A DNA stretch of 64,000 nucleotides from Camelus dromedarius (Eukaryota). The position numbers were made by a program, and so were the translations under genes. A model generated the notes under the pieces. The model worked only from the letters and a program-made list of their open reading frames with translations, was not told the DNA's origin and did no database searches. Shown here one piece after another: positions 24,926 to 38,861 of this stretch. The stretch is taken from assembly GCF_036321535.1 (NCBI RefSeq), contig NC_087437.1, forward strand, positions 101,186,001-101,250,000. The letters are read 5' to 3'. Within the stretch, counting starts at the first letter, position 1; each line of letters opens with the position of its first letter.

Positions 24926-27900
24926 AAGAGTATGGGCAGAACCAAGACAATGTGGTGTCATGAAAAGCAAGAAAATACTTTCAAGAAGGTGTGTGTAACA
25001 TACTGGGGTGTGGGTGACTGTGGCAGAAGGAGTGCCCCAGAATGATCCAGCAAGATTAGGAAAAGATTGTAAAAATCATGAAAAGAGTGCAAACTATGAC
25101 ATTTTGTGCTGAGTAAGGACAAAAATAAACATACAGTAGGCAAAAAAAGAGAGAAGTTATATTCATGCAGTTAAACAGTCATTAATAAACTCTTATTTTG
25201 ATTTTAGGAGACAAAAGGGGGACATCAGCTGAAGTACACTTGGGGGAGAAATTATAGAAATGAGAGACATAGGGAAGTCATCAGACATTAGTACCATAGT
25301 TTACTTGAGCTTGGCTCCATCTATACTTCATCATGTTTGGAAAAATAAAAGCAATGGACAGAGAATTTTTATTGGTATATTATTCTGAACAAACATACTT
25401 TTGTCCAGCTTTTGAAGACTTCACTTTCATCAACACTACACAAATACTTTAGCATCAGCAGACTATATATCAACAGATATGGGAGGTAATAAATTGTATA
25501 GCTATTTTTAAACCCTGCTCTTAGGGTACTCATTGACTCTTGTAAACTAAGGGTGCAAGTATCCAGAATGAAACGGACTTTTTTTATGATTATTAGAAAA
25601 AAAATGAATGACTCTCAGGAACCAAAGACATGAACAAATATCTAAAATATGGCAATTTCTGGTGGATGAGGATTGTAGAGAAAACTTAAATAAGCAGTAT
25701 GTAATGAGCTTGGCCTTCTCAGGAATTTAGAAGCCAAAACAATTAGCCAGTCAGAGAAAGAGTCAGTTCCTGCTAACTTCCCCCAAGTTCTCATCATTTT
25801 TCAAGGGCTTGGGACACCTGGGAATTCTGATAACTGAGCTCTTATCCAGTTTAGAAAGAGCATCCCTAATGTTAGCTAAAGGCAGTGGAGTAGAATTTAT
25901 CACTAAGGAATCGAATGCATGCCTTTTGGCTAAAAACTGCTTAGAGGAATGCAATTTGTGTGGTATAAAAGTGCATAGAAATCTAGTTGTATTTTTCTTT
26001 AAATCTATGAAAAATTTTCTATGCCTACAAGGGACGGAAACCCTAAGCAGTTCTTAGGAAAATAGGAACCCCCTTAAAAAAAGAACAAACATTTTGCAGT
26101 AACATCTCCATCATTCCTCACTGTTCTGTTTCCTATGTCATAGGTCAGACCATCTAGGATTTTGTAAATCCCCCAAATTCCAAACTCCCTGTATTTACAT
26201 CCAAGTTCCCATAATTGGGTGGCACAATCTTGCTAAAGTTCAAATCCAGGAATATTTGCTAGGTAGAGGCTACTTCACTCAGAAAATGAGCAGAATCAAG
26301 GACAATCGATAGCCATTGTGCCATTTCCCCAAAATGCTCAACATGCTTTTGAAGAGACCTCTAAAACACTCAGTCTCTGGGTTTGGATGAGTACATAGTC
26401 AATGATTAAAGAGAGAACAATGTCTGTCTGGCATCTATAAATTCCATACAGGTAACTGAGTGTTTTTTTTTTTTTAAATAAAATGGATTATTCTTCAAAT
26501 TAGCAAAATAGTTTGAAACGTACAATTTCAATGTGCCAAAATGGAAGTTTTATCTCTCAATTAATAAATATTGTTAGTGGCTACCTGGTTTAACTTTTCT
26601 ATATTCTTGAGAGAAGAAAGTAGTATTCAGGCAATGGTTAAACATAGAATGGGGTAATGAGACTTCTGGTAAACCCGGGATTTTTTTTTTGAGACCAGAA
26701 AGTCTTCTAGATGTCTCTGAAGTTACAGAGCAAACTGTTTTTCTTTCTCTCGGAAGAGTTGAGCATCCCATTGTGGTCTACTCTTCAGGAGGGCAAGATA
26801 TGGGAAAACCATTTCCATCCTTGGTTCACACATTAATTACTTACCACTCACTCTTTACTAAAGGACTTTTCTTTCTCTTGGGAGAGGGCACAGAGCATGC
26901 ATTGCATAGACCATTGCAGATCACACTTTGCAGGGACCTCTGTTCAGAGCTCAAACATTTACATTCTTTACTAAAATGTGAAGGGGTCCAGATTCTCCCA
27001 TTACTCAGAATGAGTAAAATTTGGGGAGAGGGGCAGAGAAGGGTATTCTGAAGCCCAATAGGACTCACATTTTAGTCATGTTCTGTATTATTTCATTAAT
27101 GATAAAGCTGGTATTTGATACCCATCTGTCTGATCCTCAAATATCATCTATCAACTTGTTTGGAATTTATAACCGATTTTAAGGTCTAAATAATTATTAC
27201 TAAAATTCACACTTCCCACCTAATTTCAATCATGCTTTTCCTCTAATTTCTAAAACAATTTATCCAATTTACTTAATATGATCAACCAATAATTCTCAAG
27301 AATAGAAATGCCAATTTCGTAAAATTCCATTGCTAGAAATTGGAATGTTTTATGAAGTTGGTCATTAACTTTACTTAGATTTTTTCACATTGGATAGCAC
27401 TTTTTTTTTGACCATGGAGAGTGTTTTGCCTCAAACAGAAGCTCAGTAAGTTTTGCTGATTTGTTTTAACAAGTGCAGGATTTTCCTATTTTGCTAGGCA
27501 AAGTTATTTTGTTGGATAAAATATTGACACAAGGAGGAAGTCAACATTTATGGTCTAAGCATTTCCAATGTTAATATGCTTAAGAGTATACAAAATACAA
27601 ACAAAACTAGACTATAAAATGATTTTTCTTTCCCTGATCAGGGAAAACTACCAAAATGTAATATAAACAAATGTGCAACTAAGTAAGCATATGCCCTATT
27701 GTCATTTTTATTTCTGCTTTTCGGTGTAAGTCCAATTCTGACTCACATAGGAACTGGCTACTATTCTATTAGAAAAAGAATAATATACCAATATTTACAA
27801 GAGAAAATCTTATAGAACCACAAAGTATACCCTCTTTTTAAGTTGAAAGGCCCTTTGGAAAATATCTGCTAGTTGATGTAGATTCCATGAAAGAGTCTAG

Positions 27901-28853
27901 GTTTGTCAGAATCATTTCAGTGAAAAACAATAGCAATTTATTCACTAAAAACACATACACATACGTGTTTTCTTACACACACACACAAACCCCATGATAT
28001 TACTGAAAGAATAGATCTTGTTGTTCTAATCCCAAACTAATAGTATATTTGTATTCTCTTTCAAATAGCATCCATATTGCTATATGTTTAAAAATCTGTG
28101 AATAACACTACCTTAATCTGGTCCCTGCACAATGTACAAATACTGTTTTTTTAACATGAATACACATTTCAGTTGGTCACACAAAAAGGCAACTTATTTT
28201 CTTTAAGTATTATGGACTGCAATTGGAATTCTAGTTATTGGAGTAATGAGAGATTCATGAATCTGCTCAGTGAAAGGACCTGTGAATCAAGGTGAAAAGA
28301 ATTTCACTAACACAAATAATCAAGAAGAGAAAACAAAAATTTTGAGTTAATTTCACTTAATATTTCAACTTAAGTTTCACTTAGCCTTTCCTTATTTCCT
28401 AGGGAGATAAAATCTTCCATCTCAAATTCTTAAGGGACCTAGCACAGGATGGGCCATACATACTCGCAAACTACGTTTGCAAATGAACATTGAGAAATAG
28501 CATCTCTACCTGTAAGTCTCTACCTCTGTATCTCTCTCTCCTCTCTCTTTCTCTCTCTCTTTCTAAGCTTGCCTATTCTTACTCTCTTTCTTTCTTTCAG
28601 ATTCCTTTTCATATTGTAGATCTTGATTCATTTTTCTACTTCACCCTTGTCTCACCATCCATGATACAGCAACAAAGAACATATTTCAGTTACAGAAACA
28701 GGCAATCCTTTCTCCCACATAAGACCATCCATCTAGACATATTTGCCTTTTTACCTGCCTTTCCTCAATTCCTGATTTATGTTTTTGACTTCGTTTTAAA
28801 TGGTAATGTCTTTGAGAAGCCGTCTCTTAAGCTCCCTCATTCTGTGTTAAGGG

Positions 28854-28955
28854 TAGGATTGCCAGATAAAATATAAGATACATAGTTAAATTTCAATTTC
28901 AAATAAAAGAATGAACAATTGTTTAGTATAAACGTATGTCAAATATGGCATGGGT
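28854..28955 (+). mobile_element. MER53 (hAT) partial
   Basis: TAGGATTGCCAGATAAAATATAAGATACATAGTTAAATTTCAATTTCAAATAAA..TTTAGTATAA..TATG..GCATGGG. Confidence 0.8.
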
Positions 28956-29477
28956 ATGTTCTTTGTGGGTAAACATGGAGGGGAAAGATGGGCGGAGGGG
29001 CAGAGAGCCCCACAATGAATGTGAACTTGTGAGCAGGATAAGGGCTATGGAGGATTATTAAATGCGTTTAATACAAAGTAACTTTTTAATTATAATACAG
29101 CGGCATCTCCAACTAAAACTTAGTTCTACAAAGAGGCTTTGTGTTCCTTGACATTGAAAGATGAGATACTTGGACGCCATCATTTTGGAAAAAACCCACC
29201 CAATCTGCTCCCTTCCATGATCTCTGTTTTGAATTATATTTGTGAATGATCTGACCAAATAATACCATTTTCAAGCAAGAAAGACTAGATTTTTATAGGC
29301 TGACTAGTAACTGAAGAATGGAACATTTTCATTCCATTACTATTAAGCAGCAAGAGTGAAATTTCACTCCTATTTCATATGCAGAAGGAGTACAGGCTCA
29401 GTTAACCAACGGGTAAGGTGATATCCACTCAGAGGTTTGTAAAATGTTTACATCATTTGAGGGAAAATGTTATTTTC

Positions 29478-29684
29478 TTTAACAGCCTGGGTTTGAAATG
29501 CACAGGTCCACTTACACGTGGATTTTTTTTCAATAGTAAATGCTACAGTACTACATGATCTGCAGTTGATTGAATTCAAGAATGCAGCACTGTGGAAATG
29601 GAGGGCTGATTATAAATTATATGTAGATTTTTGACTGCATGGAGTGTCAGTGCTCCTAACCTCACATTGTCCAAAAGTCAACTG
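29478..29684 (+). mobile_element. MER8 (TcMar-Tigger) DNA transposon
   Basis: GGGTTTGAAATGCACAGGTCCACTTACACGTGGATTTTTT..GGAGGGCTGA..CCTAAC..GTCAACTG. Confidence 0.85.
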
Positions 29685-30050
29685 CATTAGCTTTAGCTTA
29701 TTTTCTACAACAAATATTTTTAATATTTTCTTGAAAATGCTAGGTATAATAATAAATCAGATTATAAAATTTTACATGCTTTATGTTATAGGCATGCATA
29801 TGTTTTACATATAGTATATGTATCACACATGTGTACATGTAAGAAAATGCTGAATTAAGGATGAAAATATTAGACATGTACCTAATAAATTATCAATGTG
29901 ATTTGGTGGTTACCTCTGGTTGAGGGCATGGGACATAGATAATTTAATTTTCTTTTTTGCTGAGCAATATTTTCTAAATATTCCTAGTAAACATACTTTC
30001 ATCAGGTAAAAATATTTTTTAAAATAGTTATACTTTAAAAAATCTTTTAC

Positions 30051-30141
30051 TTTTTTTTAAATGGAGGTACTGGGGATGGAACCCAGGACGTCGTGCATGC
30101 TAAGCAAACACCCTACTACTGAACTCCATCCACCTCCCCCC
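30051..30141 (-). mobile_element. tRNA-Ala-derived SINE (camelid Vic-1-like), short form
   Basis: Minus strand ..TGCTTAGCATGCACGACGTCCTGGGTTCCATCCCCAGTACCTCCATTTAAAAAAAA; perfect 11-bp TSD AAATCTTTTAC (30040-50 and 30142-52). Confidence 0.9.
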
Positions 30142-31289
30142 AAATCTTTTACCTTTTATTACTCACATAATTTAGCAGAGGCCAAAGCAAATGTGGCTCT
30201 ATTGAGTTGTACATGCTTAGAAAATCTAAAATGTGTAACTAGCTGGATGATAAAACAGCAAAGACGTCAATAATCTGCTTCCTAATAAACCACATATAAG
30301 TCTCTTCTTGAGTGAAGAATTGGTCAATTGTACCTTGCTTGCTACTGTTATTTATATCTTCAAATGGGTATGTTTAACATTTTCTCCAGGGTCTTTCTCT
30401 GTAGTTATTGATGATTTTAGCCATTCATTGGCATATGCACACATTATGAACTAGAATATACCTGGGGATGAATCTCTCACTTTTTAAAAGGAGTAGATTT
30501 GCTCAAGAAAAAACTGCCCTAAAGCCTCTGTGCTGAGAAATTAATCTTTACAAACATAGCGAAATCCCCACTGTGCCAAGTGCTCAGGGCATGAAACATG
30601 AAAAATAACCCGAACATCATCACTTCTCAAATATTTCCCCGCGTTTATCTATTGAAAATTACATAGCATGTCTAATAGAGCACTTTCTAAATCTATAAAA
30701 TACTGTGAAGTTACTTTTACTGAGATAAACTACTGGATGGCAAAGGAAGAACATAAAAATCCATCCCCAAAGACTTTGTGAAATAAAGGTATTAAAAATG
30801 GATTACCAAAAAGTGTATTACTAAGGCACCAACCAGGCATACATAAAGCCTGAAATGTTGCTAAAATTGTTATTGTGTAGTCCTGTTAAATTGTAAAATT
30901 CTCAACAAACCAATATCATGTGTGCCAGTATTTTTAGTAACTAGTATATGAACTCACATTTTAATACTGTCACATGCTCTGGTGTGATAATGAATACAAT
31001 TATCTCAAGTACATCTGTTACGTCCAAACCAATCATTTAGGCTAAAATGAAATGCAAAATAAATGATCGGTGTAAAAATATTGACGTTCACTTTATATCC
31101 CTTGCAAATTATCTTCCTTGTTCTCACTCAGAATTTCACAAACATTTCAGCTCTGGAAAAATATCTTTTGTGAAATATCTGGCCCCTGAATCAGAGTCCT
31201 CTAACTTTACTTACATACTACCTACAAAAAATATAAATAAATAACTATATATCGCCACATAGCTTTAGATATAAAATATTAATGATACC

Positions 31290-32160
31290 TTTGAAACTTC
31301 TCCATAATCACATTCTAGGCCTACTCCTGGAGCTACCCATATTTCTGAATATTCTATTTAATATTACTTTGCTTTGCACTTTAGTTTTGCGAACAGAGGT
31401 TTATTTGTTTTTTCATATTAGATAAATAGTATTGTACCATATGAATCCTTATACAACTTGCTTTTTCTTGCTCAATACTGTATTGTAGGAGTCACCAATG
31501 TTTATGCATGTGGCTGTAGTCTAATTCCTGCACAGTATTTGGTTGTGAGAATAACCAAAATTATCCACTCTCCTCTTGATTGAAAATTTAGTAATTTACA
31601 AATTTTTGCATTTACAAGCAATTCTGCTATGATAAGTCTTATTGTGACTCATGGTAAACATTGCATTTATATACCTAGGAAGGAAACTGCTGAATGAGAG
31701 AGTATGCATATGATCCATGTTACGGAAAATGCCAAACTGATTGCCAGATTATTTCTATAAATGAACTCTTCCATCAGGAGAATATGCTCTCTGGAGCCTT
31801 CAGACCATCATTTAGCCTTGTTGTTATTTAACTCCTACATTGTTTACCCCTCTGCCAAAGGCCTAATTTTGATAAATTGTGACTTTAATTTTCTGATAAC
31901 TCATAAGTTTGAGCATCTTCACGTAAATCTTCATGACTTACATAAGGAATCTATTTGTAAAATACTTGACAAAGTCCTTTAACTACTTTGATTACTTTGT
32001 CTAATTTATATGAATTGTTAATAATTATTATATGTTTTGACTACTAATGATTTGTGGGTTAACAATGTTTAAACTACCCTTCCAAGTTTGTAACATTCTA
32101 CTTTCTTTATAGTGTCTTTTTGTGCACAGAAGTTTTTGATTTAAATGTAATCAAAACTTC
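31290..32160 (-). mobile_element. Old L1ME fragments
   Basis: CAACTTGCTTTTT..GCTCAA..TTATCCACTCTCCT..TTTACAAGCAATTCTGCTATGA..ATACCTAGGA..ATGCCAAACTG, antisense L1 3' region. Confidence 0.7.
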
Positions 32161-32169
32161 TATTTTAAC

Positions 32170-33300
32170 AACTTTTTAAATTTATGAATAATTTTAAATT
32201 CAAGTTGCCCAGATATACGTACCCCTTCAAGAGTTTTCCTTATTGTAAAATTATAACTATGTTACGTTCATCACAACTAAGAAGTAAATGTTGGTGCCTG
32301 ACTGTTAACTAAGCTCCCATAACATTTTTAGGATTTCATTCGTTTTTCCAACCACAGGATACATTTTATTTTGCTATCCTGACCATTTAATCTCCTCTGG
32401 TCTATGACAGTTTCTTAGTCTCTCTTGCTTCTGATGGTCTTGACAGCCCTGAGAAGTACTGGGGAGGTATTTTGTAGAATAGATTTCTCAGTTTGGATTT
32501 GCCTAATGTTTTCATCATGATTAGTCTGGAGTTAAGGGTTTTGAGGAAGAAGAACACAGAGGTCATGACATCATATCAGCAGGTCTATAATGTCAGTATT
32601 ATTTTTCACTGATGATATTAACCGTGATCACCTGGTGAAAATGGTATTTGGCAAGTATAAGGTTAATTTTTACTCCATTCCATACTCAATTATTTAGAAA
32701 CAAGTCACAAAGTCCAGCCTGCACTCAGGCCGAGGGGGTTACGCTCCACCTACTAGAGGAGTGAGTATCTACATAAATTATTTTATTTTCTGTATGGAAG
32801 ACTTGCCTCTTACCCTCTTAGCCATATAATTTATGTATGTATGTATGTATGTATGTATGTATGTATGTATGTATTCATTTATTTATTCTTTTCAGACATA
32901 TATGTTGATTTTATACTGTGGGTTGACTCTAGTCCTATGCTATTTATTTTGCTGCTCAACATGCTCCAGCTTTAGCCATTGGAAGCTCTTTAGAATTGAC
33001 TTCTATGTCCATTTCTCAAGTCCCCAGCATTGTGCTGCTGTTCATTTACCTGTGGGTTCAACAGCAGCATACATATATGGCAATTTCAAAATTGTCACTC
33101 ATATTCCCAAATGAGACAGAGTCGCCAACTCTGCACACACATAGATAGTTCCTTTTGTTTTTAAATATGCAGTTTCCAATCAAATCACAATTTGCCAAAG
33201 TTACTTGGATCAGTTTCTTTCTTTCCAGATCCTCTTCATTGAGTGTATGCCATATATTTGCATTGTCATATGTATTTTTAGATTCTTTTGTCCTAGTCTG
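32170..33300 (-). mobile_element. L1MC-type 3' end
   Basis: GACAGTTTCTTAGTCT..GAGAAGTACTGG..GGTATTTTGTAGAAT..TTGGATTTG..CATGATTAG..GATCACCTGG..AAGTCACAAAGTCCAGCC..CTCCACCT. Confidence 0.8.
32832..32871. repeat. (TATG)10 microsatellite
   Basis: Read directly. Confidence 0.97.
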
Positions 33301-33643
33301 CAAACTTCCTGTGTTCTCCTTTTTCTTTTTTAAATTTAGATACCAACCTAATGTTTTCTATGTTTTGTTTAATCTTGAAGACATAAAAGTCCTTCTTCAC
33401 TATGTTTATATTATTTTACATTGTTTTATCATTTCTTTTTTTTTCTGTATTCATTATTTACTTTGATTTCAATATGCTGGCGAAGGTGTTGTGCCTGAAA
33501 TTATTTGTAATCTTAATGCTTTTGCTATCAATATATTGCCATTAACTATTTAATTGATAGCAATTTTTTTAAAAGATATCCTTTGCTTATAGAAAGACAT
33601 TTGAAATCACTGCCATTACTCAAAGTTAATTAATTTTGGGGCC

Positions 33644-33983
33644 TGTAAAAATTAACACACAGAAACTTTAGCAAATAAAGTAGAGAGTCCAGAAGAGGGA
33701 GCTCTCCATACCTGTGACAATAGCAGAGCCCAACGGGAAGAAGAAAGATTCCTCTGCTTTCCTGGAAAGGACTCAGCCAATGAAAAGCTATGGACTCTGT
33801 TTACTGCAGCCCTTCCTCTCAACGTGTTTTTGACTCTATAAAAGCACTGCCCTTCCCTTGCTGTGGGGTAACTTGCACATGACTCACCATGATTGTAGAC
33901 CCCACTCAAATTGCATGGATGACGCCAAAGAAACTCATCTTTGCTGGAGCAATATTCAGCAGTCTATTTGTTTACAGTCAACA
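33644..33983 (+). mobile_element. ERV1-class solo LTR (MER34/MER39-like)
   Basis: TGTAAAAATTAA..CAGAAGAGGGAGCTC..CAGCCAATGA..CTATAAAAGC..GTCAACA; TG..CA ends; 4-bp TSD GGCC / GACC. Confidence 0.8.
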
Positions 33984-35874
33984 GACCATGTAACAAGTGT
34001 GGATTTGAGTTCTGTGTGAATCAAGGCGGTTTATGTTATCACAATTCTTTTTTTCTTCCTCTTCTTTCCATCCACAGCAATTGCCAAAACAGACAACTTT
34101 CTTTCTCAACTCCCTTTGTATGGAGGGTTTATTTTACCCTGAAGTTGTAGCACTCAGGGGTCTTGGATTGATGCACAGGCCTGAGGCTCTGCCTCCTGCC
34201 CCACCATGTGGCCACTGAAACAAAGCAGCTTATCATGGCAATACCCACACCCTCAGGGTAGCCTTCAGCTCCACTGCCTTCTTACCTCACTGGAATACTT
34301 TCCTTTTCTCATTCCGGCCTGATGATTTTTCTTACTATCTTTCCAAGTCAGTTACGCATTTAACATTTCTTTTTAAAAATATTTTACCCAGTCCTTTAAG
34401 TTTTTCTGTGTGAAATTATTTTACAGGCACAATAATTTGCTGTGCCCTGTTTTTAAATATAACTTCCCTCAATGTTTTCTTTACACCTTGCATAATCCTT
34501 CTCTTTTAAAAGACAGTTTAATCATTCTTTTTTAGTACATATTTTGACACATGATTTTGTCCACACTTACAGTTTTCCATTAATTATTCTAAATAAGATG
34601 GAGGAAGGGACACACAACTGAAGAAGAGCAGAGAAAATGGAATATTAGGTATGCTGCAAATGCAAGAATAGGAAAGAGTTTGACACTGAAGGAGGTTAAG
34701 ATGCAAAATACAACTTACAGTTAAAGGGATGGTATTCTTAGTATTAGCAATCTTACATCCTAGTTTGAATATAATTTATAATTTTCAGACTGGCAAAATA
34801 TCATCACATTTTCACACTGCTAAAGACTTTGAACATCTGGTATTATGAAATAGATAGCTCTAGATCTTTGGATTTTAACATATGTGTATATATATATATA
34901 TATACTTTAAATCACAGAATGTGTAAGATTATACTTCTTAGAAATGTGAGCCAAAGCAAGTTGTTAAAATAATTAAATATGATATATAAGCTTATTTGAA
35001 ATCATACATAGATTTTTTTTTAAATTGTGAGACTGTTAAACTTCAGCTTTCTGTAATTTTGCAACTCCCAGAAAACTGTGTCTTATTATGAACATCATTA
35101 TATTGAAACTGATACAAATTTAGCAGCTAGATGGGCAGATTTTCAAAAAATGCTAATCAGCCTTACTAACTCACTAATTGTCCATGTTTTCACATAGAAG
35201 AAATGAGAAATAGCGAGAGGTTTTACATATCAAAGTTGAAGTCTGTTATAATAGCAAGAGGGAAATAATGACCAAATACATTCATTGGTGATTTCAGATA
35301 AAAATTCCTAAAGTAACATGTTTTAAAAGTTATCTGAACTTTGAAAGTGGGGTTCTTTTTTTAGGCTAACGAAACTGGTTTTGTTATATTAAATATGAAA
35401 TGACAATCTACAAATTGCAAGTGATAATTTAGTTGAAAACTTTAAATATATGTTGGCCACTCATATCCTTGAAACATTCGTGCATGTATTATGTGCATGT
35501 ATGGTGCATGTGTGGGTGTATGTGTGTCCCCTCACACTCCGAAATTTTAAAATTTTCTTTAGTTTTGTGACAAAACCCACTAATTGTTTCCATTATACCT
35601 CTATGCATTTTTCTTTTGGCTTGTTTTTCTTCCTTTCTTCCTTTTTAACTCTTGCCCCTGCCTCCTTTTCCTCTTCATACTGTGTTGGTCCCTTGAAGTA
35701 AAATCCCTTTGCGGTAATTTATGGAAGAGGCAAAAGTTGTCAAGTTCAAGTCCATCACCTGTTCAGTGGTAACAAGAGTTTGAGGATGTGGACCAATGAC
35801 CTAGATGGATGACTCTGGTGCCTCAGACTTTGATACCAGACTGAGAGGTAAGAAGTCAAATGCATTATTAATAC

Positions 35875-36238
35875 TGTTAAAGTAAATAACAAGGAGGCCA
35901 GTAGACTAGGTGGCTTTAATGCCTGGGTAGCATAAGTAAGCAAACCAGAACCTAAGCCAGAATCAATTCCTATTAACACACTCCTCTCCAAGAAAATGAA
36001 ATCTGAGAACAACTAACCACAAAAAGCTCGTTAGGTTTTCCCACATATGGTGACCACTTAAGCTACAGCCAGTCAAATAGTTTTCTTGCTTTGCTTCCAT
36101 GTCTTCCGTAATAGCCTTTCCCCAGATCCCATCACGGGAGCATTTCTAACTATTTTCAGTTTGGTGCTGCCATTAAAACCTATGTTTGCTCAAGTAAACT
36201 CAAGAAGATTTTATTATATGTCAGTTTGTATTTTAATA
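35875..36238 (+). mobile_element. ERV1 (MER4-group-like) solo LTR
   Basis: TGTTAAAGTAAAT..GGAGGCCAGTAGACT..GTAAGCAAACC..CAGCCAGTCA..TGGTGCTGCC..TTTGCTCAAGTAAACTC..TTTTAATA. Confidence 0.65.
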
Positions 36239-36579
36239 GCACTTATCAGCAACAGATATTCTGAGGGAGCCATATTGTAGGAGCCAGTGGGTAAGAGTGG
36301 GAGGGGGAGTTGTGGAAGTAGATCCATGTGGCTCTCTGTCTCACCTCCAACTCCCCATGATTACTGGCCACTTTTTCTCCAGTGTCCATTCACTTCTGTG
36401 GCTATTTTTTGCCTAATACCGACAATAGGATTTTTCTAGCTAATAATATCTTTTTCTTTTTTGGATACTTCCTTGGTTACTTCCTGTTCCTGGCTCTAAT
36501 AAACACTGTCAATTCTTTATATTGGTATTCAACACTTTATCCTTTACACTCGTATATCCAGTTAGCTATAAGATGAATC

Positions 36580-37460
36580 TACTTGCTCAAAAGCAAACCC
36601 CTCAACATAACTTTCCCCTAAAACCTGTGAATCTTGTATTTCTACTCTCCATTAATTTTTTTTATTGAAGTGTAGTTTATTTACAATGTTAGTTTCAGGT
36701 GTACGGCAAAGTAATTCATTTATACATATACATATATACACATATATTTTCTTTTCAGATTCTTTTTCATCTACTCTCCATTAATAATCATGTTCTCCAC
36801 TCAGTCACCCCAGGCAGAAGTATTTGAGTTTTTCTAAACTATTATTTTATTTCAAGCCATTTGCTCCAAACCAGATACAAAAGTCAGCTTTATTAAATTC
36901 CTAAACTTTTCTAGATTCATTATCTTTCTTATCATTATTGTCTTATTTAGATTTTCCCAGTATTTTATCCAGCACATTAAATTTTCTTCTGCTTACTTTT
37001 CTTGCCTTCAGTTTTAAATCCTCTCTCAAATTAAATTTATTCCCTATGATATTTGTCTAAATACATTCTGACCATAAAACTTTTGAAAGAATGACTGTGG
37101 CTTACAGTACATCAAGCCAGAGCCTATGATTGGGTTTCATAATGTTTCTCATGGCCCTCCTCTATCTGGCCTCAACCATGACCACTCCCTGACATACACC
37201 TGATGATATGGAAAGTTTCTATAAACACCATTCCTTTGCTCACACTATTGTTTTTTTTTTTTTTTTAGCCCCATATTCACTCTCTTAGGTAAGTTTCACT
37301 TCTTTTTAAATAGTTAAATCAGGTGCTACTTCCTCTTCTATGCATTGCCCTTGCTCTCCATGCATACCTTTAAGAAAAAAAAAAAACTATATACTTATTA
37401 TCCTCTAGTTTAATTATTATTTACTTCCTGTCAACCCAGAACAATCTGTGAGGTTCTGGA
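36580..37460 (+). mobile_element. L2 fragment (hosts the short L1 insertion)
   Basis: CCACTCAGTCACCCAGGCAGAA..TCTGACCAT..CCTTTGCTCACACT..; colinear across the 36657-36769 insert. Confidence 0.55.
36657..36769 (-). mobile_element. Young 5'-truncated L1 3' end (cetartiodactyl type)
   Basis: Poly-T then TTATTGAAGTGTAGTTTATTTACAATGTTAGTTTCAGGTGTAC..TTTTCAGATTCTTTT; perfect 16-bp TSD TCTACTCTCCATTAAT (36641-56 and 36770-85). Confidence 0.92.
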
Positions 37461-38861
37461 GAGCTGAGTTCATGAGGACTGTCACCTAGAGAGGGATATC
37501 AAAGTCTCTTACTGAAGAAAAAAAAAAAAAAAAGAGGAAAGGATCTCAGTGAGCAGTGGATAAAATCAAGTAGGATGGTAAAAGGATGGTTTAGGTACCT
37601 GAATTTAGAGTCAAAGGTGAGCTCTGGTGGGTGGTATTTAAAAAAGGAGATTGGAAATAGGATTGGGAAATTAGATCATATTTTTTCATTCTTTCAGGGT
37701 GAGTCAGTAATAATACCAGCTTCCCATTAAAGTGTGACAGCAGGTCTGCACTCTCCATTAGAAGGTTTCATAGGGAGGGTGACATTGCACAAAACCAAGT
37801 TTTATCTAAGCTGAGAATGTAAAAGGATTGCTTGTTGTGAGATATTTGAAAATATAGATAATATATGTACGCAAGTTTGTCTAATGAATGACTGAAAGCG
37901 TAGGTCAGGAATACAGATGGAATGTCTTGAAAACCAGTGGACATCAGATTGCTTTTTGTTCTAAAAAAGAGATACTATCTATTTGGAATAGTTTTGAGCA
38001 GAGGAATTTCCTGGTAAAAAAATGGCGTTTAAAAAAATTTTTTAAAGTAGCATGTTATATTAAAAAAAAAAGAGTAACTTATTGCAATTAATTTGTATTA
38101 AGTTAATGTGGAGACACAACGAAAACATTTTGAAGGACGATGAAATGTTAAAATTGATAAAATGTAAGAGATAATTGGCAAACTTCCTGAAAATCTTGTT
38201 TGTGTGGGTAGAGTGGAGGAAGGGGTGAAGGCAGGCCTGAATAAAGATGTTTTACTTGAAGTGGCTATAAACTGAAACTGTGCTCTATAAACATATTTTA
38301 GAGATTTTTTTTTAACTACCCCAATTGTATGTAAAACACGCATCTTTGTGTGTTCCTCTGTGGTGAAGCAGGCCTTTGAACATAACAGCTTCTTTCAGTT
38401 TATCAGGGAGATTTATGACCCATCAAATGTTCAAGAACCACTTCTCCATTTTAAGAGTGAGAGGAAAAAATAGAAAGAAATGTGTGCCATTTGACTGACA
38501 GACACAATGTTAGCTAGTCTTGTGTGACTCCTAATGCCAAGTATGGAGACTGATAGATAAATGTGTTCAAGAGAGAGCTGCTGAAAGGGCAGTAGTGAAG
38601 TTTACGAGGGCACCATTCGCTCATTTGTTTCACAGACTGTTACTGGGTGATGACTATACTGTCATCATTCACTTGTCCCACACCCCATGGCTGAGATAGA
38701 GAGATAAATAAAACAATTACAAAACAACTTGCTGAGTGCTATGATAGTGAAAGTCAAGGGTCCTGTATAAACACAGGGGAGTGACACTTAACCAGAACTT
38801 AGTCTCACATCTTGAGTTTGGGCATCTTGGTAAACTTTTGACATAAAAGATGTCAACAAGT

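Noticed and set aside
27629..27646. Perfect 18-bp palindrome TTTCCCTGATCAGGGAAA
   Set aside because: A 9-bp arm palindrome is expected about 0.24 times per 64 kb by chance (64000/4^9), and there is no supporting context.
28490..28876. 128-aa ORF
   Set aside because: Runs through a CT low-complexity tract, L2-like sequence and MER53; compositionally biased.
13077..33983. Two related ERV1-class LTRs as the ends of a provirus
   Set aside because: They are in opposite orientation, differ in length and sequence, lie 20 kb apart, and have no gag/pol/env between them; they are independent solo LTRs.
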